Source: Octopus vulgaris (taxonomy: Eukaryota). Taken from it: a DNA stretch of 64,000 nt. A program made the position numbers and the translations under genes. Shown here in pieces: positions 26,094 to 40,046 of the stretch; the first letter of the stretch is position 1; each line of letters starts with the position of its first letter. Location of the stretch: contig OX597822.1 of the NCBI GenBank assembly GCA_951406725.2, positions 6,758,001-6,822,000 on the forward strand. The letters are read 5' to 3'. The notes beneath the pieces are model-generated. The model worked only from the letters and a program-made list of their open reading frames with translations, did not search any database and was not told the DNA's origin.

Positions 26094-26481
26094 CTGGCAA
26101 TATCGCCCGGGGTTGCTCGGGTTTGTTTCGACCCTTTAGAATTTCAATTTTTGAAATGTTAAAATTTTGCATTATGTAGCTTGTTATTCTCTTTAAGCAA
26201 ACATTTTTCTGGTTGAAATACACCGAAAAATGGCGAAACGGCAGTAAAAAAATCGTAAAAAATAGAGATTTTCATAGAAAAGAAAGCACCTTTTGATGTA
26301 AATAATTTTTGATCTTAACATGGTCTGAATTCAATTTTATCTTTTACGAAATGAAGAGCAAGCCTTCTATCATACTCTTAAATTTGGTCAACTTGCGCCG
26401 CAGGGTTTCGGTGGAGATAGTGTTAGTTGAATGCTACCAAACCTGCCATACACAGACATTTCAACTTTATATAGAGAGAGA
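26094..26481 (-). mobile_element. Non-autonomous Helitron
   Basis: Minus strand A|TCTCTCTCTATATAAAG ... CCCGAGCAACCCCGGG-CGATATTGCCAG|T. The 3' end is near-identical to 56760-56787. Confidence 0.75.
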
Positions 26482-27670
26482 TTTATTGTATTCTGCACAA
26501 TTAAACACAGTCAATCTCTCTCTCACTCACACATTCTCTGTAATCACTGCCACAGGTAAAAATTTAAAAAATAAATATTCTGCGGTCAATACGTCCAAGT
26601 AAAAATTCTTCAATGTAGTGCCACAGCATGGCCACAAGCTAATGACTGAAACAAGTAAAAATGAAAAGAAAGAAAAGATAGAAAGACATTATAAGTGTAG
26701 GTGTTTTGTCCATTTTCACCAGCAGAGAAGAACTCTAAAGAAATGACGTCGTTATTTTTTTATCTCTCTGCCTGTTTTTTTCTCTCTCTCTCCATATGAA
26801 CACAAACACACACACACACGCACGCACACAAACACGCACGCGCACACGCACACACGCACGCAGGCACACATACATCACACACACACACACAAACACACAC
26901 ATGTATAGTCATTCATGTTTCAGATATAACTATTTTTCTAACTTCACCGTTCAGATATAAATATACAAATTTCTTTCACATAAACAGAGATAATCTAACA
27001 GTGAAGTCACACGCACACAGACAGAAATTCACAGCAAAGCGAAAATTATCCACACACCAAGAAAAAGATAACCACACGACGCTTTGTCCTGCATTCCTGT
27101 AACATAGCGTCGGAATTTCAGCAAAAAAACACTGACACCATTCAGCATTTGTAAATTCATTTCACTATTACTTACTGATATTCACACATCGTTTATACTT
27201 CCATTTCACTCCAACTTACTAATATTCCTTATCAAAAACATTTATCATTCCCTTAAGCTATTCTTTTATATGATAGACCAATTTTCCTTGCATTACTCTA
27301 ATATAGCGTCCGAATTTCCTTTCACTATTACTTACTGATATTTATTACCAACATATTGTCTCATAAAACAAGTCCGTCACCTCCAAGCAAACAGACGTCG
27401 TGCATCAGAAAACGGCGATAAAACATGCGCACGGCTTGAAGATCAGCGACAGAGACAGAAAGCACAACATGCATCTGAAACCGAACATCAAAGAAATGCT
27501 AGATAAATAAAATAACACATACGATTCACTTATTATTGTCATGTAATAAACAAACACATTTCATGTCTGATATTGATCTTTCTTCTACTTCATTTATTAC
27601 ATAGTTTTTCTCTTCTAAAAATACACACATATTGGTTCAATGTGGCTGGTGATAAACAGTAAAAGCAATT

Positions 27671-27699
27671 GCCCCTTCATTGACGGGCTTTACTGCTAG
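27671..27699 (+). mobile_element. Helitron 3' terminus (5' end possibly near 25765)
   Basis: GCCC-CTTCATTGAC-GGGC hairpin followed by TTTACTGCTAG|T. Confidence 0.55.
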
Positions 27700-27962
27700 T
27701 ATATATATAATAATACAGCCTATGGAGACTTATACATCCACAAAATTCATTTCACAGTTAAATAGAGCATGTGAGAACTGCAGAGTAAATTTTTTGGATG
27801 TATAAATAGACATACACTATATTACTATTAATATTTACGCGCGCACACACACACACACACAACCCCACCCACACACACATACATATATCATTTATTTTAT
27901 AGTCCTTATAAAATATGCAACTATATAATAAATTTTGTGAACATATAAGTCTCCAGGATCTT

Positions 27963-28333
27963 TATTACCTCCGCCTTCGTTCAGGCGGAGGTATTGTTTG
28001 CAGTCGCGTTTGTTTGCTTGTTGATCTGTGTACGAGATATCTCAAGAACTGCTGGTTGGATTTGTACAAAACTTTCAGGGATATTTGACCTCATGGCTGG
28101 CACGAATCGACTATATTTTGGGATCAATTCCGTACCGGACAAGGATTCTGAATTATTTTTCCCGATTTTTACTTAATTTTTGAGAGCGGTCGTGTTCATT
28201 TTTAGTATTCTCGTTTGTGAGAGCAGTCGAGTTTATTTCAGATATTCTCATTTTAAAAATCAGCTCCGGCTAATCGCTGAGAGGAAGTTGCCGTTGACTT
28301 GGTGGAGCCCTGCGCACTCTGAGTGCTCTTGTT
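27963..28333 (+). mobile_element. Helentron-associated non-autonomous element (HINE/DINE-1-like)
   Basis: 5' hairpin ACCTCCGCCT-TCGTTC-AGGCGGAGGT, (GTTT)-like tract, 3' subterminal inverted copy GGTGGAG, stem-loop GCACTC-T-GAGTGC and T-rich flanks. Confidence 0.7.
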
Positions 28334-28538
28334 ATTATTAATATTAATATCAAACCCAGGGAAAATTACTGGGATACGTAGGATACACGAAATTACCCAC
28401 AAGTAAAATTCATGAAGTGAATAACAATTAATCTTAGAGACAGACGTTGGATACTCTTCACCGTGGTTAGCCTTCACCTTGAACTCAGCTGAGAGCCAAT
28501 ACGGTATGCGCTTGGATAATATATCCCACCTAACTCAC

Positions 28539-28578
<40 letters not shown>

Positions 28579-28580
<2 letters not shown>

Positions 28581-28807
28581 TTCTTACTACCCACAGGGGG
28601 CTAAACACAGAGGGGACAAACAAGGACAGACAAACGGATTAGGTCGATTACATTGACCCCAGTGCATAACTGGTACTTAATTTATCGACCCCGAAAGGAT
28701 GAAAGGCAAAGTGGACCTCGGCGGAATTTGAACTCAGAACGTAACGGCAGACGAAATACCGCTAAGCATTTCGCCCGGCGTGCTAACGATTCTGCCAGCT
28801 CGCCGCC
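28579..28807 (-). mobile_element. SINE family D (Meta/MESC-like core), full length
   Basis: GGCGGCGAGCTGGCAGAATCG...GAGTTCAAATTCC...GCCTTTCATCCTTTCGGGGTCGATAAATTAAGTACCAG...GTGGGTAGTAAGAAAT. Confidence 0.85.
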
Positions 28808-28875
28808 TTTACATACAGAGATACATACATACATACATACATACAGGAATGCACACACACGCACGCACATATACA

Positions 28876-28912
<37 letters not shown>

Positions 28913-29329
28913 GCATATACACACCGGAGAACTAAGAAATTATTCGCACTTTTGCCTTTATTGCTCTGGCGCAAGAGTTTCGTACTCTTGTGCTTGTGTA
29001 ACCGAGATTTGACCGTCATCACCCCAGTTTTTTTTTTATGTTACAGAGGAAGTGGCAGTAGAGCATGGAGAACTAAGTGTGGGTAGGGTGGGAGGAGGAG
29101 GAGGAGGAGGAGGAGAAGTCAAAGTAGGAGTGTGAGTCGGTGTGTTTGTAGTGGATGGAGGTAGTGAGAGCGGAGTGGTATATATTAACAGTAATGTGAA
29201 TTTCGACGGATGAGTTAGAAATAGTGCAGAAGAATTACAGAGCAGGGTGGAACGATTGGAGAAAAAGAGGAAGGCGTCTCGTGTATATGTATGTATGTAT
29301 GTTTTTCATGTATGCTTATACAGCCGCCA

Positions 29330-29515
29330 TGATTGACCGTTAGTGCCAAACTATTTTTTATTGTCTCTCTGTTTATTTCATCGTGTCCCTTTCTGTTGAA
29401 GAGCGTAGGCTCGAAATGTAAAAGACATTCTCACCTTCTCGAGCGTTAAACTAATATCCCTCTCTGTTGTTTATACACCTGTCTTCGTCTTTTGTTTATC
29501 TGTAAATTGCAACTA
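29330..29515 (+). mobile_element. ~185-nt HHR-like element, diverged copy
   Basis: GTCCCTTT CTGTTGA A GAGC GTAG GCTC GAAAT GTA AAAGAC at 29385-29426, then CACCTGTCTTCGTCTTTTGTTT. Confidence 0.7.
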
Positions 29516-30425
29516 GATTGCGTAAGTTTTATAGCGCAAATAGTTTATGATTAATCTATATTTTGTTTCTGTCATTTGTCTTGCTCGCTTACGTTCTGGC
29601 GTTTCTTCAATTTTCTTGAGAACATTCCTTTCTTAGTGGTAAGACTATAGCGGATGTACTTCTAGCACAATGGATATCCAAGTACTGGTCATCCTTCTTA
29701 TATGTATGTAATATAATTTTCCATGAATCTTCAAATTTTAATATGGTAGACCACTGGTTTTAAATTGATATTAATCAAATTAATATTCAGTTTTTTACCC
29801 TTATTATTTTAAATATATATATATATATATATGAGAATAGATCGTTATTTTAAATAGCGATAAAATCTAATGGTAGCATGAAAAGAAAAAACTTATAGAT
29901 TATAATACTTATGAAAATTATAAACAAGGGTATCTAAGAGATACAACCATGCATGGTCAGAACCTGACAATAAAACCACATCAAGTGTTCAATACAGCAC
30001 AAAATGAAATGACAAAAGAAATAAGAACTAGTAAAAATTGGATAATCTCAGACCCTGTAAGCTCAAATCAATTGAGCGCTACTAAGTGTTTTCTATAGGA
30101 AGCACCTCTGGATTTCATCTGCTGAATCTCTCTTTCTCCCCCCTCTCTCTCTATCTCGCTTTCCACACACAAACACATACACCACACACGCATATATATA
30201 TATATACACGGTAGGCCCAAACACCCGACAGTTAATCAAATTCCATAAATACTTAATATAAAATTTTATTTATTCATATGGAAAAATGGTGTCAATAAGG
30301 AATTCAGTTTCGAACAATTTTCATGATATTCCATATTGAAATGTTCTTATTAAATTCATTCACCTTTTAAACATAAATAAATATTGGAATTAAATCGTTT
30401 TGATTTACTGTCAGATATTTTATAA

Positions 30426-30488
<63 letters not shown>

Positions 30489-30624
30489 GTTTGTGAGAGG
30501 TATTGGTGTCAAGAAGACCCAAAGGTGTCAGGTAATTCTGAGTAAATGGTATAGACAGACTACAGTTAAGCTCCTGGTTCGAAAATGATAAGAATGAGTA
30601 GTTCAACGTAGGTCATTAGTATTT

Positions 30625-30716
<92 letters not shown>

Positions 30717-30829
30717 ATATGTGTGTGCGTGTGTGTTTATGTATGTATGTATGTATATGTATATAACATTATAACGCCAAAAGGTTTATGCAAAATATTG
30801 ACTCTGATGTTGCATCTTGAAAGACCATT

Positions 30830-31200
30830 GAGCAATGGAAAATTTTGTAAATAAAGTTAAGAATCCAAAGGTATGAAAATTGTATAGCACATAATGTTTA
30901 CTGCTAAAGGAATATAACAGAAGTTAGCATTACCAAACAAAATATTCGTTTCATCATGCACATCGAACTGGAAAGTTACCTCACGAGACATATAAAAGCT
31001 TCAAACAGAGTGGTTTATGACAACTGTCATTGATCGATAGCATAAAAAGTTAAAATGAAACAGTAACGAAAGCCAGTCTGATTGTGGCTTATTCAATCGC
31101 TGCAAACTGCAAACCATTTACCAAGGTGAATATAATTAAGCTTGCATGATGGTGACGTATAAAAAATGTTAGTCTACTTTGCAAATATAGCTAGTAGGAG
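30830..31200 (+). pseudogene. hAT (Buster/GTF2IRD2-like) transposase N-terminal fossil
   Basis: KEYN...HYQTK and ASLIVAYSIAANCKPFT.GEY resemble KEYNLRRHYETKH and AS..VA..IA...KPFTDGEF. Heavily disrupted. Confidence 0.55.
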
Positions 31201-33796
31201 AGCTAATCTATAGTATGCTATCTTCTACCCCAGCATACACATACAACAGTATATAGATATAAGTTTATGTTAGTGCATGACCTCTAGTGTTTCATAGGTT
31301 CACGAATCAAAAAAAAGTATTCTGTAACTGTGTATTACAATTTCTGAGTATCGGATTCTTGTGTATCGCATTCCACTGAATCCAAAAAGCTCTGTTTAAT
31401 AGTAAGTGTATATGACATGCAATATTGATCATCATCTTTCTTACATGTGCGAATATCTAATATATAATTGTTAATTCTGAACAAATTGTAAATAACAACT
31501 TGGAGCACTCCATTTAGGATGTGGCAACACTATATCATAATTTTTGAGCTTTTTGATAAAAATTGAGATGTTTTAAAAGTAAGAAATATGAACTTCAATT
31601 ATTGTTTACAAGGAGTAAACTTTTGTAGGTATTACAAGCCTCAGTTGAGTTAATGATGTATTCTAAAATATGTTTTATATAACAAGGCAGTTCTATAGTT
31701 ATAGTTGATTGATAACTCACGGTGAAAGTTTTCTGAAATGCATTAAATTATGTGCGCTTTTACATGCTAAACATGTAGCTTCGGCTACATTCACCTCGGT
31801 GAAAATTGAAAAGTAATAATTTTCCCATTTCCTTTCAAATTCACCCAAGATCTTCTCACTAATTTGAAGCAATAGCTTCATCGTAAACAGCTTTTGTTAA
31901 ATGACGATTATAATGCCAAAAAGCGTTTCAAATATTGCAAAATCTGTTTGACTGCATTATCATTGAACTTCTAGTTGTGTAATTGCAAGTTATTGAAATA
32001 GATAAAATAATGTTTTAAAAGACGAGCACAGATAAGAAAATTTGATTAATCTTTAATGACTGATTTCCGTGCAAGGTTTATACACGTTTAAAACATTTTT
32101 TTCTAAGAAATGGATTTTAACATTTGGCACAAGATATTTATCTTAACAAACATGTGCAAATATTTGTATTACATGTATTGAGTTTGCTTATAGGCGTGCA
32201 TCAACTAATCACGTCTTACAACCAATTTTCTTTACAGAAATCACTACATTTGATCTCCAGTCCAACAATGAGTTCTCCCCACTAAAAATGTATATTATAG
32301 TTCTCATTGCTGATTAGTAGATAGATGTTGAGTAGGGATATATTATAATAATGAAAGACTAAAGTAATAAAAGAGCAGTTTGATTCCAAAGATGTGAATG
32401 ATCACGGTTTCATTTTTATTCGCTTTGATTAGAAAACAAATTGTATTTGAAATTCGGGTCATCTTCAGGAATTTTACTTACCCCGGATAATTCCGATGAA
32501 AAACATTTGAGGCTATTCCATTGGAATATTTTAGTCATGCCCGGATGCAATTTGTCAGTGGCGAAATCTCTGCTCAGAAAGGATTGCGTGTCTCCACCAC
32601 AAAGAAAAAAAAGTTAGACAAACAATATATATAATTATAGCTAACCATTAATCAACAAAGGATATTTAAGCAAACTACGGGAGTTGGTCATAGAACAACG
32701 CGAACACAACTACAGTACTGTAAATAGAGCGGACAGCAGAGTTATTAGAATTACGTTACACAAACATGAAATATATTTCATGAATCAAATCCATATTAAG
32801 AGCAAATCAAAATAAACATATTTCGGAAATAATATCATGAGAGAGTAAACTGTAGCAAAGGATATGCTAACGCTAATGATATACAAAACAAGCACAACCA
32901 TTAAAACCTATTTTATAAAAAATCAAAAACATTTTACGTCTACAAACAAGCTACGAGTGACTAATGTCAATAAGAATTTTATTGCAAACGTGTAAGTTTT
33001 AAAGTTTGTGATTTCAATAGTTTAAGAGTTGCTCAGTTTCATCACTTTCCACCTGACACATCGTGTATTTACGAAACGATTCGTTTCAATGAAGAAATTT
33101 ATATAACGCGGTAACACGCGCTAACAAAATTAATAAGTACTGTAAATAGCACTTGTATCCTATTCACATTTTCACAAATATAAGCTGTTAAGGCGTGGGA
33201 TAATCAAATGCCCGGCAGAAATCAACGTCTTTTTGAAATAGATATTCCACACGCAAATCACAAGTAAGAAATGAAAAATGGCACTGGCTTGTAAACAATT
33301 AGATTCTAGTTATCATGTATATTATACCTGTATATTAACAAAGCGAGTGCAGCACACACGGGAGATCGGACCGTTGCGGTCGACATCTGTATATTTCAAA
33401 TATGTAGATAAATTTTCTCACGGTTTATACCGTTCCCGAGGCAATAAATAATTGATAAAGCATGAGGTTCACGTGACTGGACGCTACTTTCTCGATATTA
33501 TAACTTGCACTCATTAGATGATTAAATTACAATAATCTACCTGAAAGGCAGTATCTCGCTTTCGGCTAAAACGCAATGATCGTCTGGGAACCAAACCTAC
33601 TGCTTTACGTTTGTAAGACCAATACACAAAGATTTTTGCCACGCGTCTTCCTCTTTCTGTTTATTTCTCTGTCTCCCTCACTTTCTTCCCCTTCACATAT
33701 TCTTAGACATTAAATAATTTTCTCCACAGTTTTCACCTACGACGCTTTGCTCACAAATTATTGTTGGTCAATTCATGATATTACTAGGACAAATGT

Positions 33797-34337
33797 CACG
33801 CTGGTGAGGTCCCTACTGGAGTACGGGATTCAAGCCTCCTCCTTATCTCCTCAAAGACATACATTATCTCGAAAGAGTCCAGAAGCTGGCTACCCGCATG
33901 GTTCTTGGTCTCAAGCATTTGTCTTATGAAGAAAGGCTGAAGACGCTCCACCTTTATTCTCTAGAAAAACGACGACGCCGTGGTAATCTCATTCTCGCTC
34001 ACAACATCATAAGCGGAAAGTGTAACCTCTCGAAAGAGCTGTTCTTCACTCCTGCTCCAGACCGTGGACTGCGGGGTCACTCCGAAAAGCTCTATCTACG
34101 ACGATTTCATCTCAATAGTAGGAGAGGGGCTTTCTCCGTCCGGGTTGCGGATCCGTGGAATAAGCTGCCGGACGAGATAGTGAAGATGCAGACGACCGCT
34201 CGGTTCAAAGTCTCTCTTGACCAGAAATGGCCTGAACTCTTTGCATGACCACCCTCCCTGTACATAACTCCATGTCCCCCTACATGGCCTTGCTTTTGCT
34301 TTTTGAGCCAATAAAAATTGAATTGAATTAAATTGAA
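33797..34337 (+). mobile_element. CR1-clade LINE 3' end
   Basis: LVRSLLEYG..LERVQKLATRMV.GLKHLSYEERLK.L.LYSLEKRR.RG..RGHSEKL..FSVRV..WNKLP, followed by a short UTR and an (AATTG)n tail. Confidence 0.9.
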
Positions 34338-35754
34338 ACAATGCTTTTGGAGCGCACGAACTCGAATTCACATAATCGCAAAGCGCTTCAACTACTCAGC
34401 AATGTGCGCGACTACTAATGAATTCCCATTACATATGGAATATAGTTTTTAGGTATTTTCAGGCTATGAAAAATAAGAGATAAAATCTCTTATGCAATCA
34501 CTTATTTGAAATGTCTGAATATGCAGAACAATCCAGAATGATAAGTAAACCATCAGAAACATTTTTTAGAATAGGGAAAGAATATTTCTGAAATAATATG
34601 AAAGAATATGTCAATTAGAACTCCACAGACATAATGAAACTAATATTAAGACGTTGCACTTAGTTAAGAAAAGAAATAACGGAATAACTTGCGGCTAATA
34701 TTTATTCAAAATATCTGGATTTGCAGTTAGTTGTACCCAACATATTTGAGCATGAAGAAACAAATCTAGGAAGAAAAGTACAAAACAGAAACGTGAAAAA
34801 GGAGAAAAAACTTTTGAAAGCTTAGAGAAATATCAGGAAATTATATCAAAGACAGAGACACTTCATCTTGATAAAACTTGAAACGTCATTGTTGTTTCCC
34901 ATGTAGTCAGCACGCAATTTCTCAAAAAAGGAAAAGAAAAAACATAGAAAAGACAAAAAAACCCTATGAGAATTATGCTACATTTAAATATCTAAAACTA
35001 AAATGAAAATGTTCCTGAACAAAGAACTGAACATATTGAAGAAAAATAGAATAGAATAAATGGAATCCATCCATATGCAATGATCTAATATTATGCGAGA
35101 ACAATGCAGCTGAAACAGTAATTGCTATTAATTTATTCCCATTCGAGTGGCGATAGCCGGGGAGGAAAATGCAAATCTCCCTGTGAGTCGACAGCGTATC
35201 TTCAAGCCTTGGCGAGCTATGCTTGGGTCATTTGATTCATAATAAAGTTAACGCTAATGCATTCACATCCACAAGAGACTATGGGGATGGTATTTAATCC
35301 AGTAGTGAAGAAAATGTCTTCCTTGATTGAAAGAGAATTTATTCTTGGCAATATTTTTCAAGTATATGATGCTTGAGTTCTGCAATTCGGGCTCAGATCG
35401 TGGGACATTTTGAATATTTCAGAAGTTTTGCTGATATACACTAACACGATAAGAGTTGTAATGCTTGAAATCTAATAGAATTATGGAAGAATGATGCAAT
35501 TTTAACAGCGATAATAATAAACCAGTGACTTCGATAGATATAGTGTGCATATACTGGCCTCCACATTATAAAATACAGAACTAACAAAAAAATTGTATGT
35601 ATATACAATGACGTGCTCAACTGTGAATATACATACATTACTACATATACATATATTACTATTGACGTTCTGCTATTTATGCAACCTCTATAACCTAATG
35701 CCCTAATCATCTATTCATATATATACATTGTGTGTGCTTGTGTATATAGTGCGC

Positions 35755-35827
<73 letters not shown>

Positions 35828-35884
35828 GTAAAAACAATTAAGATTCAAGTGAGTTCCAATTAATTCACATGAATGCTTTTTTCT

Positions 35885-35955
<71 letters not shown>

Positions 35956-35972
35956 TTGTGTAATATATATAT

Positions 35973-36191
35973 ATCAGTAAAATAATATGTGACAATTATT
36001 CGGTACCCAAGACAAAACTCTGAGTTTCGGATGCCGAAGAGATGGTGGTGGGAGTTCCACCTCGGCATCCGAAACTCACAGTTTATCTTGGCTACCGAAT
36101 AATTGTCACATATTATTTTACAGATAAATTTCCTCTATTTACATAATATTGAGGTCTCTTTCTTTCTTTTGTTATCTTACCGTTTTTACCA

Positions 36192-36192
<1 letters not shown>
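35973..36192 (+). mobile_element. PLE-like tail with inverted 5' duplication and HHR remnant
   Basis: 35973-36037 is an inverted copy of 36062-36125. CCGAAGA at 36034-36040 and GAAAC at 36071-36075. Homologous to 12320-12475. Confidence 0.75.
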
Positions 36193-36236
<44 letters not shown>

Positions 36237-36240
<4 letters not shown>

Positions 36241-36500
36241 ACATTGTCCCGAGGGAGATCAAAGAGGAAAAGGATCCCATCAACTTTAAACGGAGTATGG
36301 ATAGATTCCTTCAAAGAATACCAGATAAGCCACCCATAATTGGATACAACTCACCCAACAAGAACTCACTACTTGAACAAAACTTGACTTAAACAAAACT
36401 TGACTTAAACAGGATTCGAATAATCCTATCAGATGGTGCTATTAAGTTAGACATGGCCTGGACCAATCTTTGGTCGAAACATATCTAAGTTATCTAAGTT
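36237..36500 (+). mobile_element. CR1/L2-type LINE extreme 3' end
   Basis: FNIVPREIKEEKDPINFKRSMDRFLQRIPDKPPIIGYNSPNKNSLL; tail (ATCTAAGTT)x2. Confidence 0.65.
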
Positions 36501-37148
36501 ATATACAGGTTGCATGAAAGTGGTCTAACACACTCGTTATCCTGTATAAGCCAGAAGGTAAACCAATATATGGAGAATGGGGTTGTATTAAGCAGCTCCG
36601 TATTAAACATAATTGAAATGAAAGAGTAAAAAAGCAAGAACTAGATTGTATTATTGCTGTGTTACACGGAAACACTTGATACCATATCACATTGATGGAT
36701 TGTCAAACCTAAACTTATAACCCAGTAGCTGATGTTATACAATGTGATTATTTAATAACACATTTTTGGTCATGATGTATTCTAAAAATTGATAAGCTAT
36801 ATGAAAACAGTTTTGTTCTCTTGCTTAACATATCAAGCGCTCTTTTCTCAATGTTGTAATTATTGAAACTTAAGTAAGTTTTCTTTTTCCATGTGAAATA
36901 TCAGAAAATGTATTGTTCACATTAAAACATAATAATAGGATCTGATTAACAATCATTGAAAATTGTGACATCGAACAATGAATTCCGGCATAATGTCTAC
37001 TGAATAAAAGGATGAATAAAATAAGGTATATTGCTGGTGCCATAATTTGAACCGATGTTATACAACCGTAGCAACAACAGCTACAGAGAAAAGAACATTA
37101 GCAACGATCTTACGGGTAAATTTTCGTCATAATTCTTAATGAAAAATA

Positions 37149-37318
37149 ACACAGGAGTGGCTGTGTGGTAAGTAGCTTGCTAACCAACCACATGGTTCCG
37201 GGTTCAGTCCCACTGCGTGGCATCTTGGGCAAGTGTCTTCTGCTATAGCCCCGGGCCGACCAATGCCTTGTGAGTGGATTTGGTAGATGGAAACTGAAAG
37301 AAGCCTGTCGAATATATG

Positions 37319-37384
<66 letters not shown>

Positions 37385-37610
37385 TGTGTGTGTTTGTGTG
37401 TCTGTTTTTGTCCCCCTAGCATTGCTTGACAACCGATGCTGATGTGTTTACGTCCCCGTCACTTAGCGGTTCGGCAAAAGAGACCGATTGAATAAGTACT
37501 GGGCTTACAAAGAATAAGTCCCGGGGTCGATTTGCTTGACTAAAGGCGGTGCTCCAGCATGGCCGCAGTCAAATGACTGAAACAAGTAAAAGAGTAAAAA
37601 GAGTAAGAGT
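37149..37610 (+). mobile_element. SINE family A, full length
   Basis: Near-identical to 21034-21431 with a longer internal (TA)n. Confidence 0.9.
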
Positions 37611-38799
37611 ATAGGTCCCTCTGGATTGGAAGAGAATGTGATTATATCAATGCGAGAATGTGTATGTCAAAGAGAATATGAACATGGCCTGAAAGAATGT
37701 ATTATTATATTATCAGATTTCAGGAGCTGCTATTCGCTGTAAGAATTTAGGTTGCCAAAAGTTACCCGTCTTTCACAAGTGGGTATGGACCAGGTATTTT
37801 GTATCACGTACGCATTGAATATTTTATGATTTACTATGTCTGCCTCGAGCAGACTTAGACATGAACGGCGAGGCGGGTTCATCAACGCTAGGCGGTACTC
37901 CTTTTCTGTTGAGTAGGCTGGAAAATGTGAAACGATGGGACTTGCACAAAGACAACGCACCGTCCTGTACAGTAATGGAAATCGAGATCTTAAGATCATG
38001 AGCTTAACAACGTCATAAAATAAAACAACCCAATTGCTTTTCATTGTGTTTGTTTGAAGCTTTAAAATAAATTACCAAATAAAAATATGATTTCTGATAC
38101 TTTCAAAGCCTACGAAATAGAGACTGTTCTGTTCTGGGTGCAAGCTGTACACTTGAGGTTAATGTGATTATAAAAGAAGTTTAAAAGAAATTCTATGAAA
38201 CATCCATGAGTCGTTTACAAATATAGCATCCAAACATATTATTAGCAGTGATACAATTTATATAGAAGTAAAGGAATATGTACCATCTTAGTTGGAGTCA
38301 CGTACAGCGAACATAATCAAAGTCTGTTAACGACCAATCTAACTAAAACAACAGATACATTGTCAGCTTCCAAAACAGAAGAGAGTGAATGATGAAATAA
38401 ATTGATTATGAAAAAAAAAGGAAAAAGAAAAGTGTAGACAATATATCACGGGACTAGCGAGTAAATGAGAAAGAAACAAACATTTATTTTCTGAGCTTGT
38501 ATCTTATACAATCATTGTATAGCATAGTCGCAAAAATACAGATTGTGTTATCGTGGTCGCAACACATGTTTGGAGGCAAATAGTTGTAATGACATAGTGA
38601 TGTCATAAATGTAATATCATACAGTAATGGCAAAGTTGCAATATAGTAATTGTAATGGAATTAAAGTATAGGTGTTGTAATGTACTGTAATTTCAATTTC
38701 ATGTTAGTTATACGATAAACGATGTAAAGATAAACATTCGGAAAGGAAACATTGCTGGTCAACTTCTAATTGCAGTGCTTAGAATTCTCTTAAGTCGTC

Positions 38800-38890
<91 letters not shown>

Positions 38891-39984
38891 ATTTGTTTAT
38901 GTGTGTAAGCCTGGCCGTTTGTTCCGGTGTATTATGAACATAACGTGTAACAGTCCCGCTATCCGAACTTTCTCAATGAGCCATCAGGAGATGATAATCT
39001 AGAGTGTTGTATCACACGCAACGGACCAGACACAAAACAGCGATAATATAACTCTCGTCTATGTAATTCGTTCATAAACAATAACATATGTACTACGAAT
39101 AAAATTATGGAATAATTCTACTTTGAAATGATTATTTATTGATGATAGTCATAGCAGCATGCGCATGTTAATATTAACTGTAAAGAGAAGCAAAAAAATA
39201 TCACTATATCGGCAACAGAAATGGCAGAGAGTCAATATATGTAAACAACTAATTAATGATGTATACATATATTTTTATCCACTCTTCATTTACTCTAATG
39301 ATCTTAAGAGGGCAGCCGACTTTTATAACAGAATAATTATTTAATTTTAATATTCTCTTGCCTGAACCAATATCAGAGCAATTGTTTTGCAATGTTTAGC
39401 TGTTCTTATTTCCATACTGTGAAGCAGAATAATATAATGTCTATTATATAAATACACAGATAGCTAAATACATCCAACATACACGCACACAAACATGCAC
39501 GCATAAATATACACACATTCATGCAGTTTTCAAGTGTGCTGGAAGGCCGACACTTTACCAAAAGCTTTGTGGTTCTCGAGTACTTCAACACACCAATTCA
39601 ACACTCAATACTCCGCGCGATTTGATACTAAGTATCGGGTCTCTAGACAGGTTAGCGAGCGGGTTTTTAACCACATTACGTGTTGAAATAGAGACAGAAA
39701 TTCAGCTGGTGTGTATTAAAGCTTTATATAACAGGCACAGATTTCCTAAACTCGAACTTGACTATTGCGCCAGGCCATTGGCTTGTTGCACAATCCCATT
39801 GTGCGCCTCCTCGGTATTTACCATCTTGCGTAATACCACTAATTAAACTATAGTACGTGTATACTTATGCATATAGCATTTGTATTTACATACATATATA
39901 TGATATGATCTCTCTGTCTCTGTCTCTCTATATATTAAAAATTATGTACATACTCACATACACGAACACACACGCACACACACA

Positions 39985-40046
<62 letters not shown>

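Noticed and set aside
37730-38044. 104-aa ORF in GC-richer unique sequence
   Set aside because: No recognisable domain or convincing splice pair; it needs a BLASTX search.
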